Assembly: GCA_016185615.1 (NCBI GenBank)
Contig: JACPNE010000008.1
Coordinates: 39,632 to 103,631, forward strand
DNA length: 64,000 nucleotides
Direction: 5' to 3'
Source: Candidatus Woesearchaeota archaeon
Lineage (GTDB): Archaea > Nanobdellota > Nanobdellia > SCGC-AAA011-G17 > JACPNG01
Notes under the pieces: model-generated
Database searches by the model: none
What the model saw: only the letters and a program-made list of their open reading frames with translations
Told to the model about the DNA's origin: nothing
In this document: positions 1 to 9,241 of the stretch, in pieces
Numbering within the stretch: position 1 is the stretch's first letter
How the letters are laid out: every line of letters begins with the position of its first letter
Made by a program: the position numbers and the translations under genes

Positions 1-348
1 TGTTGCCATCAGTGTCTCATGTCCCGGGGCATCTATGAAACTTATTTTTCTTATCAGTTCAGCTTTTGCATCTTTTGGAAGATTATTTCTAGTCCTGTAT
101 GGGAAATCTTTCTCATTTATTTTATAAATTTCAGTATCAGCATATCCAAGCCTTATTGTTATCCCCCTTTTCAATTCTTCAGAATGAGTATCAGTAAACT
201 TTCCGGTTATCCTGCTTACTAAAGTAGTTTTTCCGTGATCTACATGTCCTATCAAACCAATGCTCAATTCAGGTTGTTTAGGTGTTGATTTCTTTTCCTT
301 CTTATCTTCTTGTTTTGGTTCTTGTACTTCCTTCTTCTTTCTCGGCAT
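1..348 (-). CDS. eif2g: Translation initiation factor aIF2 gamma subunit, 5' part (runs off window start)
   Basis: Manual translation from ATG at 348: [47 protein letters not shown]...[15 protein letters not shown], the G1/G2/G3 motifs of aIF2-gamma. Not in the ORF track. Confidence 0.95.
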   Translation of the reverse strand, partial: MPRKKKEVQEPKQEDKKEKKSTPKQPELSIGLIGHVDHGKTTLVSRITGKFTDTHSEELKRGITIRLGYADTEIYKINEKDFPYRTRNNLPKDAKAELIRKISFIDAPGHETLMAT

Positions 349-400
349 GACTAATCTAGAATAAGTTGTTTTTTAAATCTTTTTGTCTCATTAAGTTGTA

Positions 401-847
401 TTAAACAACGGTTTCTTGTAATACAAATTTTTCCAAATAGTTTTTATTATTCATTCTTACTAATCTCACAGCAAAATCAATGTCTCCAAAAGAACACCAT
501 CCCCTAACACAATATATTCCATTTACTTTTATCTCAGGTGATTTCTGACACCAATAATTTATTCCGTCATCATCTTTTTCCAATAAATCAAAATCTGGAT
601 CACATTCTAAAATCAAAGGAATTCCTCCATGGAATTTAGCAAGTTCTCTGGCGAATCTGGCACTAGTTTTTCTCTTTAATAAAATATTAAAACCTTCAAC
701 CAAATCTATTACAATTGGATTTTTTATTAGATAAATTCTATTAGGTTTATCAATACCTAAAATTTTACTCTTATCAAAGACTCTTGTATTGGGATTGTAT
801 CCTTTATCAAATGACGTTGAATTTATCCCAGTAAAATATCTTACCAT
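401..847 (-). CDS. Hypothetical protein, weak ADP-ribosyltransferase-like pattern
   Basis: 148-aa ORF; YFTG...IYL...ARFA...GGIPLILE spacing loosely resembles ART/KptA-like folds. Confidence 0.5.
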   Translation of the reverse strand: MVRYFTGINSTSFDKGYNPNTRVFDKSKILGIDKPNRIYLIKNPIVIDLVEGFNILLKRKTSARFARELAKFHGGIPLILECDPDFDLLEKDDDGINYWCQKSPEIKVNGIYCVRGWCSFGDIDFAVRLVRMNNKNYLEKFVLQETVV

Positions 848-894
848 TTTAGATAAATAAACTCAATAAAAACCATTTAAAAGCCTTACTAAAG

Positions 895-1287
895 TTATTT
901 ATCTTTGAATTTTAATGATATAGAATTAATGCAATATCTTTTCCCAGTTGGTTTTGGGCCATCATCAAATATGTGTCCCAGATGTCCTCCGCATTTCTTG
1001 CATGTTACTTCAATCCTATGCATTCCATGACTATTATCATCATTGAGATTAACAGCTTCTTTCTTCGTATCATGAAAACTTGGCCAGCCACAATGCGAAT
1101 CAAATTTTGTATTAGAATCAAAAAGTTCATTGCCACAACCAGCACATACATATTTTCCTTTCTTATTGAAACTAACATACTTTCCAGTAAATGGTGCTTC
1201 AGTTCCTTTTTCTCTTAGTATATGAAACTCTTCTGGAGATAATTTTTTCTTCCATTCTTCTTCTGATTTACTTATTTTGGATTTCAT
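895..1287 (-). CDS. msrB: Peptide-methionine (R)-S-oxide reductase
   Basis: [49 protein letters not shown] motifs. Confidence 0.97.
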   Translation of the reverse strand: MKSKISKSEEEWKKKLSPEEFHILREKGTEAPFTGKYVSFNKKGKYVCAGCGNELFDSNTKFDSHCGWPSFHDTKKEAVNLNDDNSHGMHRIEVTCKKCGGHLGHIFDDGPKPTGKRYCINSISLKFKDK

Positions 1288-1586
1288 TTATAAAAAAATT
1301 TTGATAGCCACGATAAAAATGAATTTTTTACTTTGACTTTTATATACTCATACTGTGGAATTCCATTCCTAGCTTTCAAAATATCCTCAGGAACATTTTC
1401 TCTTTCTTGTGAATATGCAAAACCTTCTTTGCATAAATTATCAAGGCAGATTGCTATTTTTATCTGATTTAAACATATTAAACTTTTTTCTAAACCCCTA
1501 GTCAACTCTTTATCAATCTCATTTACAGTCTTCCATTTATAAAAATCTAATTTATCATATACGAACCGTTCAGTTATCTCATCCAT
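1284..1586 (-). CDS. Hypothetical protein
   Basis: 100-aa ORF, 4-nt overlap with msrB start. Confidence 0.55.
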   Translation of the reverse strand: MDEITERFVYDKLDFYKWKTVNEIDKELTRGLEKSLICLNQIKIAICLDNLCKEGFAYSQERENVPEDILKARNGIPQYEYIKVKVKNSFLSWLSKFFYK

Positions 1587-1620
1587 ATAATTAGCTATAC
1601 AATAAAATTAATAAAATTTA

Positions 1621-1938
1621 CTAGAATCTAGACATTTGTTTTCCATTGAGGAATAACTGGTTTCTTCTTTTAGTTACCTCAACATACTGCAAATCATTCA
1701 CTACCAAATCATTTCCAGCCAATAGATAATTTATAGCACACCTGTCAATATTAACTTTATCTATTTTTTTGAATTCAAGAATCTGTTTTGGCGGCTCTGC
1801 TTTTAAATGTGGATCATTAAAATCATATAAAGCAATAAAGCAAGGCCTAAACATGTCATCCTTCTCTTTATCTTTTTCGTCCCTTTTCATCCTTCCGACA
1901 ACTATGCTCCTAGCTTTGTACTTCATTTTTATCATCAC
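1621..1938 (-). CDS. Hypothetical protein downstream of rps6e
   Basis: 105-aa ORF overlapping the S6e 3' end, typical composition. Confidence 0.6.
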   Translation of the reverse strand: MMIKMKYKARSIVVGRMKRDEKDKEKDDMFRPCFIALYDFNDPHLKAEPPKQILEFKKIDKVNIDRCAINYLLAGNDLVVNDLQYVEVTKRRNQLFLNGKQMSRF

Positions 1939-2311
1939 TCTTTACATTGAATATCTCTTCAATCTTTTTTGTTCCTTCCTTTACTATTTTAAGATTAACT
2001 TGTGCTATACTTGAAGTTATTATTGCTCCCCTTATTGTCTTTCTTTTCCTTATTCCTTTTTTCTTGATGTTTACCCCGGGGCCCTTTGATAATAAAATTC
2101 TTTTTCTAACACTAGTATTAAGATCATATCTCATAGGAAATCCAGCCTTATCAGAACCTCCAGTTATCTCAAGTTCATAACCATCCAATCCTATTGGATT
2201 TCCCTGTATCTTCTCTCCTATTTTCTTACTATCAAGTACATCAGCATTAATCATTTTAGAATAGCTTTTCCCTGTTTTAGGATTATTTATAACTAGCTTA
2301 AATTCTGCCAT
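1910..2311 (-). CDS. rps6e: 30S ribosomal protein S6e
   Basis: MAEFKLVINNPKTGKS...GYELEITGGSDKAGFPMR...RKRKTIRG; ATG at 2311 overlaps the aIF5B stop. Confidence 0.96.
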   Translation of the reverse strand: MAEFKLVINNPKTGKSYSKMINADVLDSKKIGEKIQGNPIGLDGYELEITGGSDKAGFPMRYDLNTSVRKRILLSKGPGVNIKKKGIRKRKTIRGAIITSSIAQVNLKIVKEGTKKIEEIFNVKSDDKNEVQS

Positions 2312-4026
2312 CAGACCCCCCATAACTGATTATCTTTTCTCTTTATTTTTACTATCTCCTTTAATAACTCCACCTCATCCCTATTTAAATATTTTGTTAA
2401 TTTTTTTAACTGGATAAAATCTCTTTCAGGGATATCAGAATACAATATGTCCCCCTCATTAATTTGTCTACCAACAATTACATTTGGTATGGACACAGCA
2501 ACTTGTTTTCCTGAATTAACCTCATTTATATTTTCTTTTTCATACTGTATGCTTTTAACAACAGCAACTTGTTTTCCGTTCTTCATTAATTGAGTGTTTG
2601 TCTTTAATGTTCCAATTAAAATATCAGCCCCCACAATAGCCGGATTGCTTTGCCTGAATACATAACCCTTCATAATCTCAATCTTGCAAGGCCTTACAAG
2701 ATTTTCAAGCTCTTTTGCTTCCAATGATTTCTTTGTGTTATCGATCCATGATTGGAACTCATCTATGATCTTATAGATTATATTGCTGCTGATTATTTTT
2801 ATCTCCGATTTTATCTCTGATTTTACATTGAATGCAAGTATTACTTTGTTTAATGGATTCTTTTCAGCAGACGCATCAGATATATCCTTTTTTGTGATGC
2901 TTCCGATAGATGCCTTTTTTATTTTTACATCTCTGGCTTTCAACAATGAGATTAAAGCCTCTAATGATCCAAGAGAATCTGCCTTTAGAACTATTCCTTG
3001 CTTATCTGTCTCCATAATTACTTCCTGTATCTCTTTTTGTATCTCTTTTTTTAGTTTCTCGATATTATCATTTGAGACAACCCTTATTGGCATTCCAGCT
3101 ACAGCATCATTTAAACCAGGAGCATATATTTTTACAGCAGATGCTGCACTTATCTCTTTTATCTGTTTTAATTTGCCTTTCTCAGGAATAAACAATGACC
3201 TTACTTTTGTAATTATTGAATCATCTATTCCGCCTATGATTATTTGATCATTTACTTTTAACAATCCATCATAGATTATAACATCAACCGTTGTTCCCAA
3301 TCCCTTTTCATCCTTCACTTCCAATATTGTTCCCTTTGCATCCCCCTTGACTTCTATCTTCAAAGAATCTTCCATATATCTTTGTGCCAATCCGGTTATG
3401 ACCATCAAAAGTTCTGGGAACCCTTCTGTTGTTTTTGCAGAACATGGAATCATAGCTATCTGTTTTGTATAATCCTCTATTCTATCAAATCTTTCTGTTT
3501 TTATATTAAGATTGTAAAGCTGTCCTAATATTTCATACAATTTATTGTCTAATCTTTGCTTTACAGAATCAGGCTGTGAATTTATGTTATTTATCAAAAA
3601 AGTCTTTTGAGATTTCCATCCAGGAATTAAATCAATTTTGTTTAATGCAATTACAAATGGGGTTTTATACTGTTTTAATATCTCTATTGCTTCTACTGTC
3701 TGAGGCTTTAATCCCTCGTTTATATCAATAACAAGTATTGCTATATCTGCTAAGTTTCCCCCCCTTTTTCTTAAATTAGTAAATGCCTCATGACCGGGGG
3801 TATCTATCATTAATAATCCAGGGATTGATAACTTTATTTTTAATTGATCTAATAAACTGCCACATATCTTTCTTATGTTTTCAAATGGAACATCAATTGC
3901 AAATATTTTTTGTGTGATAAATCCTGCTTCATGTTTTGTAATAGAGATTTCCCTAATCTTTTCCAGGATGCTGGATTTTCCATGATCAACATGTCCTACC
4001 AAAACAACAATTGGCTGCCTTATCAT
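2311..4026 (-). CDS. infB: Translation initiation factor aIF5B (IF-2)
   Basis: RQPIVVLVGHVDHGKS, DTPGHEAFTNLRKRGG, NKID, KADSLGSLEAL, VFRQSNPAIVG. Confidence 0.97.
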   Translation of the reverse strand: MIRQPIVVLVGHVDHGKSSILEKIREISITKHEAGFITQKIFAIDVPFENIRKICGSLLDQLKIKLSIPGLLMIDTPGHEAFTNLRKRGGNLADIAILVIDINEGLKPQTVEAIEILKQYKTPFVIALNKIDLIPGWKSQKTFLINNINSQPDSVKQRLDNKLYEILGQLYNLNIKTERFDRIEDYTKQIAMIPCSAKTTEGFPELLMVITGLAQRYMEDSLKIEVKGDAKGTILEVKDEKGLGTTVDVIIYDGLLKVNDQIIIGGIDDSIITKVRSLFIPEKGKLKQIKEISAASAVKIYAPGLNDAVAGMPIRVVSNDNIEKLKKEIQKEIQEVIMETDKQGIVLKADSLGSLEALISLLKARDVKIKKASIGSITKKDISDASAEKNPLNKVILAFNVKSEIKSEIKIISSNIIYKIIDEFQSWIDNTKKSLEAKELENLVRPCKIEIMKGYVFRQSNPAIVGADILIGTLKTNTQLMKNGKQVAVVKSIQYEKENINEVNSGKQVAVSIPNVIVGRQINEGDILYSDIPERDFIQLKKLTKYLNRDEVELLKEIVKIKRKDNQLWGV

Positions 4027-4105
4027 TTTTTTATAGACTATAATTTGGTTTAAAAAGCATTCGCTTTGCGATAGTTTTTTAAATAGTAAAATAAGGGTTT
4101 GGGGA

Positions 4106-4435
4106 ATGACATTAATGTATAGAATATTTGGTATACCCGGAGATTTAGATGAATTTATTGATAGAGTAACAAAAAAAGAACCTGGAAGATTGGTAAGTAT
4201 ATTAACTAATGTTTATCCAACTAACCCAAGTGAAGATGTTCCTGGATGGAGGGGAAATATCATATTGTCCTGTGGTAAATGCTCTTATATTGCTTATGAT
4301 AAGACCCAAATACTTTCTGAAACAGAGTCATACGATTTAGTTTATGGGCTAGCTAAGGATATAGAGGGAAGACTTAAACAAAAAGGTCTAATAGTAAAAT
4401 TACCTTCCGAATTAATATTACAAGAAAAAAAATAA
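4106..4435 (+). CDS. Hypothetical protein
   Basis: 109-aa ORF divergent from infB with upstream TATA-like element. Confidence 0.6.
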   Translation: MTLMYRIFGIPGDLDEFIDRVTKKEPGRLVSILTNVYPTNPSEDVPGWRGNIILSCGKCSYIAYDKTQILSETESYDLVYGLAKDIEGRLKQKGLIVKLPSELILQEKK

Positions 4436-4453
4436 AAAAATAAAAAAATAAAT

Positions 4454-4642
4454 TTATTCTTTTGTTACATAGTATATCATGTATAGTCCAGATAATCCGA
4501 CTAAGTAGTATACTATATTTGCTAATAGGCCTGATCCAAGGACCAATTCAACTACATTAAATCCTAATGCAGCCAATCCCCAGTTAATACTTCCTACAAT
4601 TACTAGAACTAAAGCGACCCAATCTAATGTGTTTCTTGCCAT
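4454..4642 (-). CDS. DUF378-family small membrane protein
   Basis: LDWVALVLVIVGSINWGL...FNVV...IVYYLVGLSGLY; GGAGG upstream. Confidence 0.88.
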   Translation of the reverse strand: MARNTLDWVALVLVIVGSINWGLAALGFNVVELVLGSGLLANIVYYLVGLSGLYMIYYVTKE

Positions 4643-4806
4643 TAATATACCTCCCTTTTTAATAAATTATTGTTATTATATCTTAGTAAATATTATATAT
4701 AAACATTTCTATAGAATAAACAAATTTTTATTTAATCTTATTCGGTTTTATTTTAGAAACAATGTTGTAAACTAAGTATTATATTTAAAAAATTTTTGAG
4801 AAAAGA

Positions 4807-4825
4807 TGGGAGCGTAAAGCTCCCA
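4807..4825 (-). terminator. Hairpin with T-rich tail downstream of the small basic ORF
   Basis: TGGGAGC-5nt-GCTCCCA perfect 7-bp stem, followed on the minus strand by TCTTTTCTC. Confidence 0.6.
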
Positions 4826-4842
4826 AAGAATTGCTAAAAAAA

Positions 4843-4923
4843 TTATCTTCTCTTAGCTTTTCTCTTAACGCTCTTTTTCTTTGTTGCTTTCTTAGCAACT
4901 TTTCTAGCATTTTTTCTTGCCAT
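4843..4923 (-). CDS. 26-aa Lys/Arg/Ala-rich basic peptide (histone H1-tail/protamine-like)
   Basis: MARKNARKVAKKATKKKSVKRKAKRR*; GGAGG 4 nt before the ATG; below the ORF-track cutoff. Confidence 0.75.
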   Translation of the reverse strand: MARKNARKVAKKATKKKSVKRKAKRR

Positions 4924-5248
4924 TTTTCCTCCATGATATAGAGCTGACTCTAGAGATTATAGCTTCCTACAAACCCTAGAATTAGTCTATTGATAATTTC
5001 AACTGGGAAATAAACATAAAGTCTATTTTTGTTGAAACTATTAAGCAATGTTTCTCAACATTACTTTTTAAATACTATCAAAATATGATGTATTTAACTG
5101 TTATTTAAGCTGTTTTTTTCATATTTAAATCTTTCGTTTTTTAGAAATAATACTAAATTGATTAAATTTTAAAATGAAATGTTAATAAGAAAAATTTAAA
5201 AAGGGTTTTTCCAGATACAAATAATTAACCAATGATACGAGGTAAAAA

Positions 5249-5587
5249 ATGGATATTTCAAAAGAATTACAGGACAGAGTTTTCGAGGTTATCGAGATAG
5301 CCAAGACAACTGGAAAAATAAAGAAAGGAACTAATGAGGCTACTAAATCTATAGAAAGGGGAATAGCAAAATTAGTTGTTGTAGCAAAAGATGTTAATCC
5401 TCCAGAGGTAACGATGCATCTTGAGCCATTATGCAAGGAAAAAGAAATCCCTTGTGTTAATGTTGATAAGAGAGACGAATTAGGAACAGCAGCAGGGTTA
5501 CAAAGGCCTGCATCATGCATCGCAGTAATAAGTGAAGGAGAAGCAAAAGATCAGCTAAAAGAAGTTCTTAGTAAAATAAACAAATAA
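5249..5587 (+). CDS. rpl7ae: 50S ribosomal protein L7Ae
   Basis: [33 protein letters not shown]...ELGTAAGL. Confidence 0.97.
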   Translation: MDISKELQDRVFEVIEIAKTTGKIKKGTNEATKSIERGIAKLVVVAKDVNPPEVTMHLEPLCKEKEIPCVNVDKRDELGTAAGLQRPASCIAVISEGEAKDQLKEVLSKINK

Positions 5588-5588
5588 A

Positions 5589-5879
5589 ATGCCACAAAAA
5601 TTTAATAAAAGAAAACAAGAAGAGTCTAAAGGAGAAACAAAGACTGATGAAGTAAAGACTATATTCACTAATGCTGTTCCAGCAATAGTTGAAGAGATAA
5701 TAACAAGAACAGGAGCAAGGGGAGAAGCAACCCAAGTGAGATGCAAGATTTTAGATGGCAGGGATAAGAATAAAATCCTTAGAAGAAATGTCAAAGGCCC
5801 TGTAAAATTAAAAGATATTCTTATGTTAAGGGAAACAGAAATAGAAGCTAGGAAATTAGCTCAGACAAGGAGAGGATAA
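5589..5879 (+). CDS. rps28e: 30S ribosomal protein S28e with N-terminal extension
   Basis: [49 protein letters not shown]. Confidence 0.96.
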   Translation: MPQKFNKRKQEESKGETKTDEVKTIFTNAVPAIVEEIITRTGARGEATQVRCKILDGRDKNKILRRNVKGPVKLKDILMLRETEIEARKLAQTRRG

Positions 5880-6055
5880 TGCCCAAATGCAGTTTTTGCG
5901 GAGATGATCTCGAAAAAGGAACAGGATTACTTTTTGTATTTAAGAGTGGAAAGACAGCTCATTTCTGTTCCAAGAAATGTGAAAAGAATATGCTGAAGCT
6001 TGGAAGAAAAGCTAGAAATGTCAAATGGACACAGCATTTTGTAAAAGGAAAATAG
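5879..6055 (+). CDS. rpl24e: 50S ribosomal protein L24e
   Basis: Manual translation [51 protein letters not shown]; TAATG overlap with rps28e; not in the ORF track. Confidence 0.96.
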   Translation: MPKCSFCGDDLEKGTGLLFVFKSGKTAHFCSKKCEKNMLKLGRKARNVKWTQHFVKGK

Positions 6056-6059
6056 TTCT

Positions 6060-6383
6060 ATGGTCGGGGAATACAAAAACCCAAAAGAAGCTAAGCTAAG
6101 GGTATTAACACAGATGCGACTAGACATCTCTTTAGAAAAAAATAAAGATATTGGATATGGTTGCTGGTTTGGATTTTATGGATTAGAATGTAGGATTTCT
6201 GAATTAGATTGTCCACATTTAATGAAAGATAAAAAGACTTGCGGATATGACAGACATCAACGAAGGGAGATTAGATCTTGTTATGGGGAAATTGAAAGAT
6301 GGGTTACAAAAGAGAATATAAAAAATGGGGCTGAAAATAAGCCTAAAAGAAGTTTAGTAAGATTTATAAGTAATATATTTTAA
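6060..6383 (+). CDS. Cys-containing hypothetical protein between rpl24e and ndk
   Basis: 107 aa, five Cys, 4-nt and 9-nt gaps to neighbours. Confidence 0.6.
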   Translation: MVGEYKNPKEAKLRVLTQMRLDISLEKNKDIGYGCWFGFYGLECRISELDCPHLMKDKKTCGYDRHQRREIRSCYGEIERWVTKENIKNGAENKPKRSLVRFISNIF

Positions 6384-6392
6384 TAGAATAAA

Positions 6393-6959
6393 ATGACAGA
6401 AAGAACATTGGTTTTAGTGAAGCCGGATGGAGTCAAAAGGGGATTAATTGGAAAGATAATTTCTAGATTTGAAGATATTGGGTTGAAGATTGTTGGAATG
6501 AAACTAATATGGGCTGATGAAAAATTTGCTGAAAAGCATTATGAATTAGATGATGAATGGGCTAAGAATGTTTTCAACAAGACTAAAACTGCAGCAGAAA
6601 AAGAAGGGAAAAAATTTGAATATGATGATCATCTTAAATTTGGAAAACAAATACAAAAGTGGAATATGAATTTCTTGCGTGAAGGTCCTGTAATTGCAAT
6701 GGTTTTAGAGGGCGCACATTCTGTTGAGATAGTAAGGAAAATTGTCGGTCATACAGAGCCTAGACAAGCCATTCCTGGAACAATAAGGGCAGATTTTGCT
6801 TCCTTAGAGTCTTATAATGTTGCAAACAGCAAAGAAAGGGTTGTAAGGAATTTGATTCATGCTTCCGACAGTGTTGAAAATGCAGAAAGAGAAATTTCTT
6901 TATGGTTCAAGAAAAATGAATTATTTGATTATAAAACAGTTCATCAAGATCACTTTTAA
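6393..6959 (+). CDS. ndk: Nucleoside diphosphate kinase (long, insertion-bearing form)
   Basis: ERTLVLVKPDGVKRGLIG, PGTIRADF, RNLIHASDS. Confidence 0.97.
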   Translation: MTERTLVLVKPDGVKRGLIGKIISRFEDIGLKIVGMKLIWADEKFAEKHYELDDEWAKNVFNKTKTAAEKEGKKFEYDDHLKFGKQIQKWNMNFLREGPVIAMVLEGAHSVEIVRKIVGHTEPRQAIPGTIRADFASLESYNVANSKERVVRNLIHASDSVENAEREISLWFKKNELFDYKTVHQDHF

Positions 6960-6964
6960 TAAAA

Positions 6965-7234
6965 ATGGAATTAGAAGCTACAATAACAATAACTCCGAGA
7001 AAAACAGTATTGCATCCTGAAAGCCAGACTATTTCTGAAATTGTTAAAAAAGAATCAGATGGTCATTTGGAAAAATTAATTATAGGAAGATTCATCTCCA
7101 TACAATATAATAGACAAGATAAAGAAGAAGTGCAGCAATCTGTCAAAAAGCTTATGGAAATGTATTTGTACAGCACATATAGCCCATTATTATATGATTT
7201 TGATATTAAAATAGAAGAGAAATCTAAAGATTAA
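6965..7234 (+). CDS. Divergent PurS-like protein
   Basis: VLHPES / IGRFISI / PLLYDFDIKIEE align by eye with PurS VLDPQG / IGKYMEL / NTVIEDYRYEVEE; length matches. Confidence 0.5.
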   Translation: MELEATITITPRKTVLHPESQTISEIVKKESDGHLEKLIIGRFISIQYNRQDKEEVQQSVKKLMEMYLYSTYSPLLYDFDIKIEEKSKD

Positions 7235-7655
7235 AACAATCATTTCCATTCAATCTTTCTTTTGCGTTATTGATATTTTTAGCAGTGCTTCTTAAGTTTT
7301 CTATTGTCCTATTAATTTCATCTTGTAATTGGTCTAATAATAAATCAAAATTATCTGTCCTTAACAAGTATCCTTCCTTATTTGCTACAACTAATCCAGA
7401 ATCCATTAATTTATTTATATGATGTATAACAGTAGCTCTGCTTAGATTGGATTTTTCTGCTATATCATCGCTGCTTAAAATAATATCCTCATTTGAGGCT
7501 TTTATTAATTCAAAAAATATTCTAAAGCATGACTTTTCTTTATCTCTTTCGTTAAATAATCCTAGACTATCAGAAAAGAAATGGAATTCCTCATTTAAGT
7601 CCATATCTTTTGGTCTTCTATATCTAGTAACCCTAATGCTAAATTCCTTTATCAT
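7224..7655 (-). CDS. ArsR-like winged-helix regulator, probable heat-shock regulator
   Basis: LSSDDIAEKSNLSRATVIHHINKLMDSGLV...YLLR; divergent from grpE-dnaK. Confidence 0.85.
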   Translation of the reverse strand: MIKEFSIRVTRYRRPKDMDLNEEFHFFSDSLGLFNERDKEKSCFRIFFELIKASNEDIILSSDDIAEKSNLSRATVIHHINKLMDSGLVVANKEGYLLRTDNFDLLLDQLQDEINRTIENLRSTAKNINNAKERLNGNDCFNL

Positions 7656-7721
7656 ATTTCAGTAAAAATATTGGTTTATTTATAAAAATTTTGGTTTATT
7701 ATCTACTGAAGTATAGAAAAG

Positions 7722-7772
7722 TATATAAATTAGTAGCTTTAAAACTAAATTTTGTTGATTTTAAATCAACAA
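7722..7772 (+). promoter_or_regulatory. grpE-dnaK TATA box and perfect palindromic operator
   Basis: TATATAAA at 7722-7729; TTGTTGATTT-T-AAATCAACAA at 7752-7772 over the expected start site. Confidence 0.7.
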
Positions 7773-7835
7773 TGCTTTTTACAAGAATGAGTAGTGGGTT
7801 TCGCCTCTTTTACCCCATTACTCCTTGTGATAAAA

Positions 7836-8321
7836 ATGACAAAGAACAATACAGAAACTGAAAAAACAGTAGAAACAATAGGGAAAAATGATGAGATAGA
7901 AGAATTGACAGAAAGATTACAGAGATTACAAGCTGAATTTGATAATTATAAAAAATATGTTGAGAAAGAAAAACAAGAATTTGTAAAGTATTCTAATTAT
8001 AAATTAATTATTAAATTATTGGATACAATTGACAGCTTTGAATTAGCATTAAAAAACAAGGATAGTGGAGATGATTTTGTAAAGGGTGTTGAATTAATCT
8101 ATTCTCAACTATATTCATTATTAGAGAAAGAAGGAATAAGAAAAATAAAAGCATTAGGAGAAAAATTTAATCCTAATATTCATGAAGCATTGTTGACAGA
8201 AAAAGGGAATGAAGATAATCTAATTTTGGAAGAATTACAGACTGGTTATATGATTAATGATAAAGTATTAAGATATTCAAAAGTAAAAGTAAGCAAGAAT
8301 GTAGGGGGAGAAAATGAGTAA
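7836..8321 (+). CDS. grpE: Nucleotide exchange factor GrpE
   Basis: LQRLQAEFDNYKK, GEKFNPNIHEAL, LQTGYMINDKVLRYSKVKV; ATG at 7836 preferred over GTG at 7794. Confidence 0.96.
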   Translation: MTKNNTETEKTVETIGKNDEIEELTERLQRLQAEFDNYKKYVEKEKQEFVKYSNYKLIIKLLDTIDSFELALKNKDSGDDFVKGVELIYSQLYSLLEKEGIRKIKALGEKFNPNIHEALLTEKGNEDNLILEELQTGYMINDKVLRYSKVKVSKNVGGENE

Positions 8322-9240
8322 GATATTAAATAAAGAAATAATCTCCAAAATGAGTGAACTTAGAAGCAAAAATCATGATCTTAGAACTATAAAAAAAAAG
8401 ATTGGAGAGGAAAGATTAAAAGAGTTTTTTAATTCAATCTATCCCAAATTTACTATTACCGAAATAGAAAATATTACTGGAATCCCTGATTCTACTTTAG
8501 GATATTGGTTTAATAAATTAAATATACCATTTATAAGGCATCATATAATAACAAAAGCATATGCTGGAAATAGAGACTATGAAATTGTAGTTACTAAAGA
8601 TGGAATAATTTACAACTCTGCAACAATTAATATTACTCCTAAATTGGCTTATGTAATTGGATTTGCTTTGGGAGATGGTTCAGTTCAACAATATATGGTT
8701 GAAGTTTTTAATAAAGATAAAAAATTAAAAGAAGTTTTATTTGATTATTTAAAGTCATACGGCACAATAACAGAAGATACAAGAGAAAATGGTTTATGGA
8801 GATTAAGATTATCAAATGGAAGAATTGCAAATTTAATCAAAGATAAAAATGGGTTAAGAAAAGATACAATAGAATTTATTTTTAGTAATGATGAATTAGC
8901 AAAGAATTTTATTGCTGCATTTTGGGATGCTGAAGGTACTGTAAGAAAACAATACAATTTCATTCATATTTATTTATATAATTCAGACGACTATTTAATT
9001 AATAAAGTTTGTAAGTTTTTAGAATTTAAAGATATAACTTTTTCAATTTTAAAGAACAAAACTAGAAATAGAAAATATATTTTAAATGGAAGACAAGTTA
9101 TCTCAAGAAAGATATTAAAGAGAATTAGCATACCAAAATCTTCTCGTTTAAAATGGATTAAAGAGATAGGAATTAATCTTAACCATACAACAAAAAAAGA
9201 AGCAATAGAAGATATTTTAAAATTTAGTGGAGGTAATTAA
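8314..9240 (+). mobile_element. Free-standing two-motif LAGLIDADG endonuclease with N-terminal HTH
   Basis: LAYVIGFALGDGS and NFIAAFWDAEGTV motifs; TITEIENITGIPDSTLGYWF HTH; no intein splicing blocks seen. Confidence 0.85.
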
Positions 9241-9241
9241 A

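Noticed and set aside
19-222. 67-aa plus-strand ORF
   Set aside because: Antisense shadow of aIF2-gamma, which reads cleanly on the minus strand
8314-9240. Intein or frameshifted GrpE/DnaK fusion
   Set aside because: Own start and stop, no N-terminal Cys/Ser block or His-Asn end; grpE and dnaK are each complete
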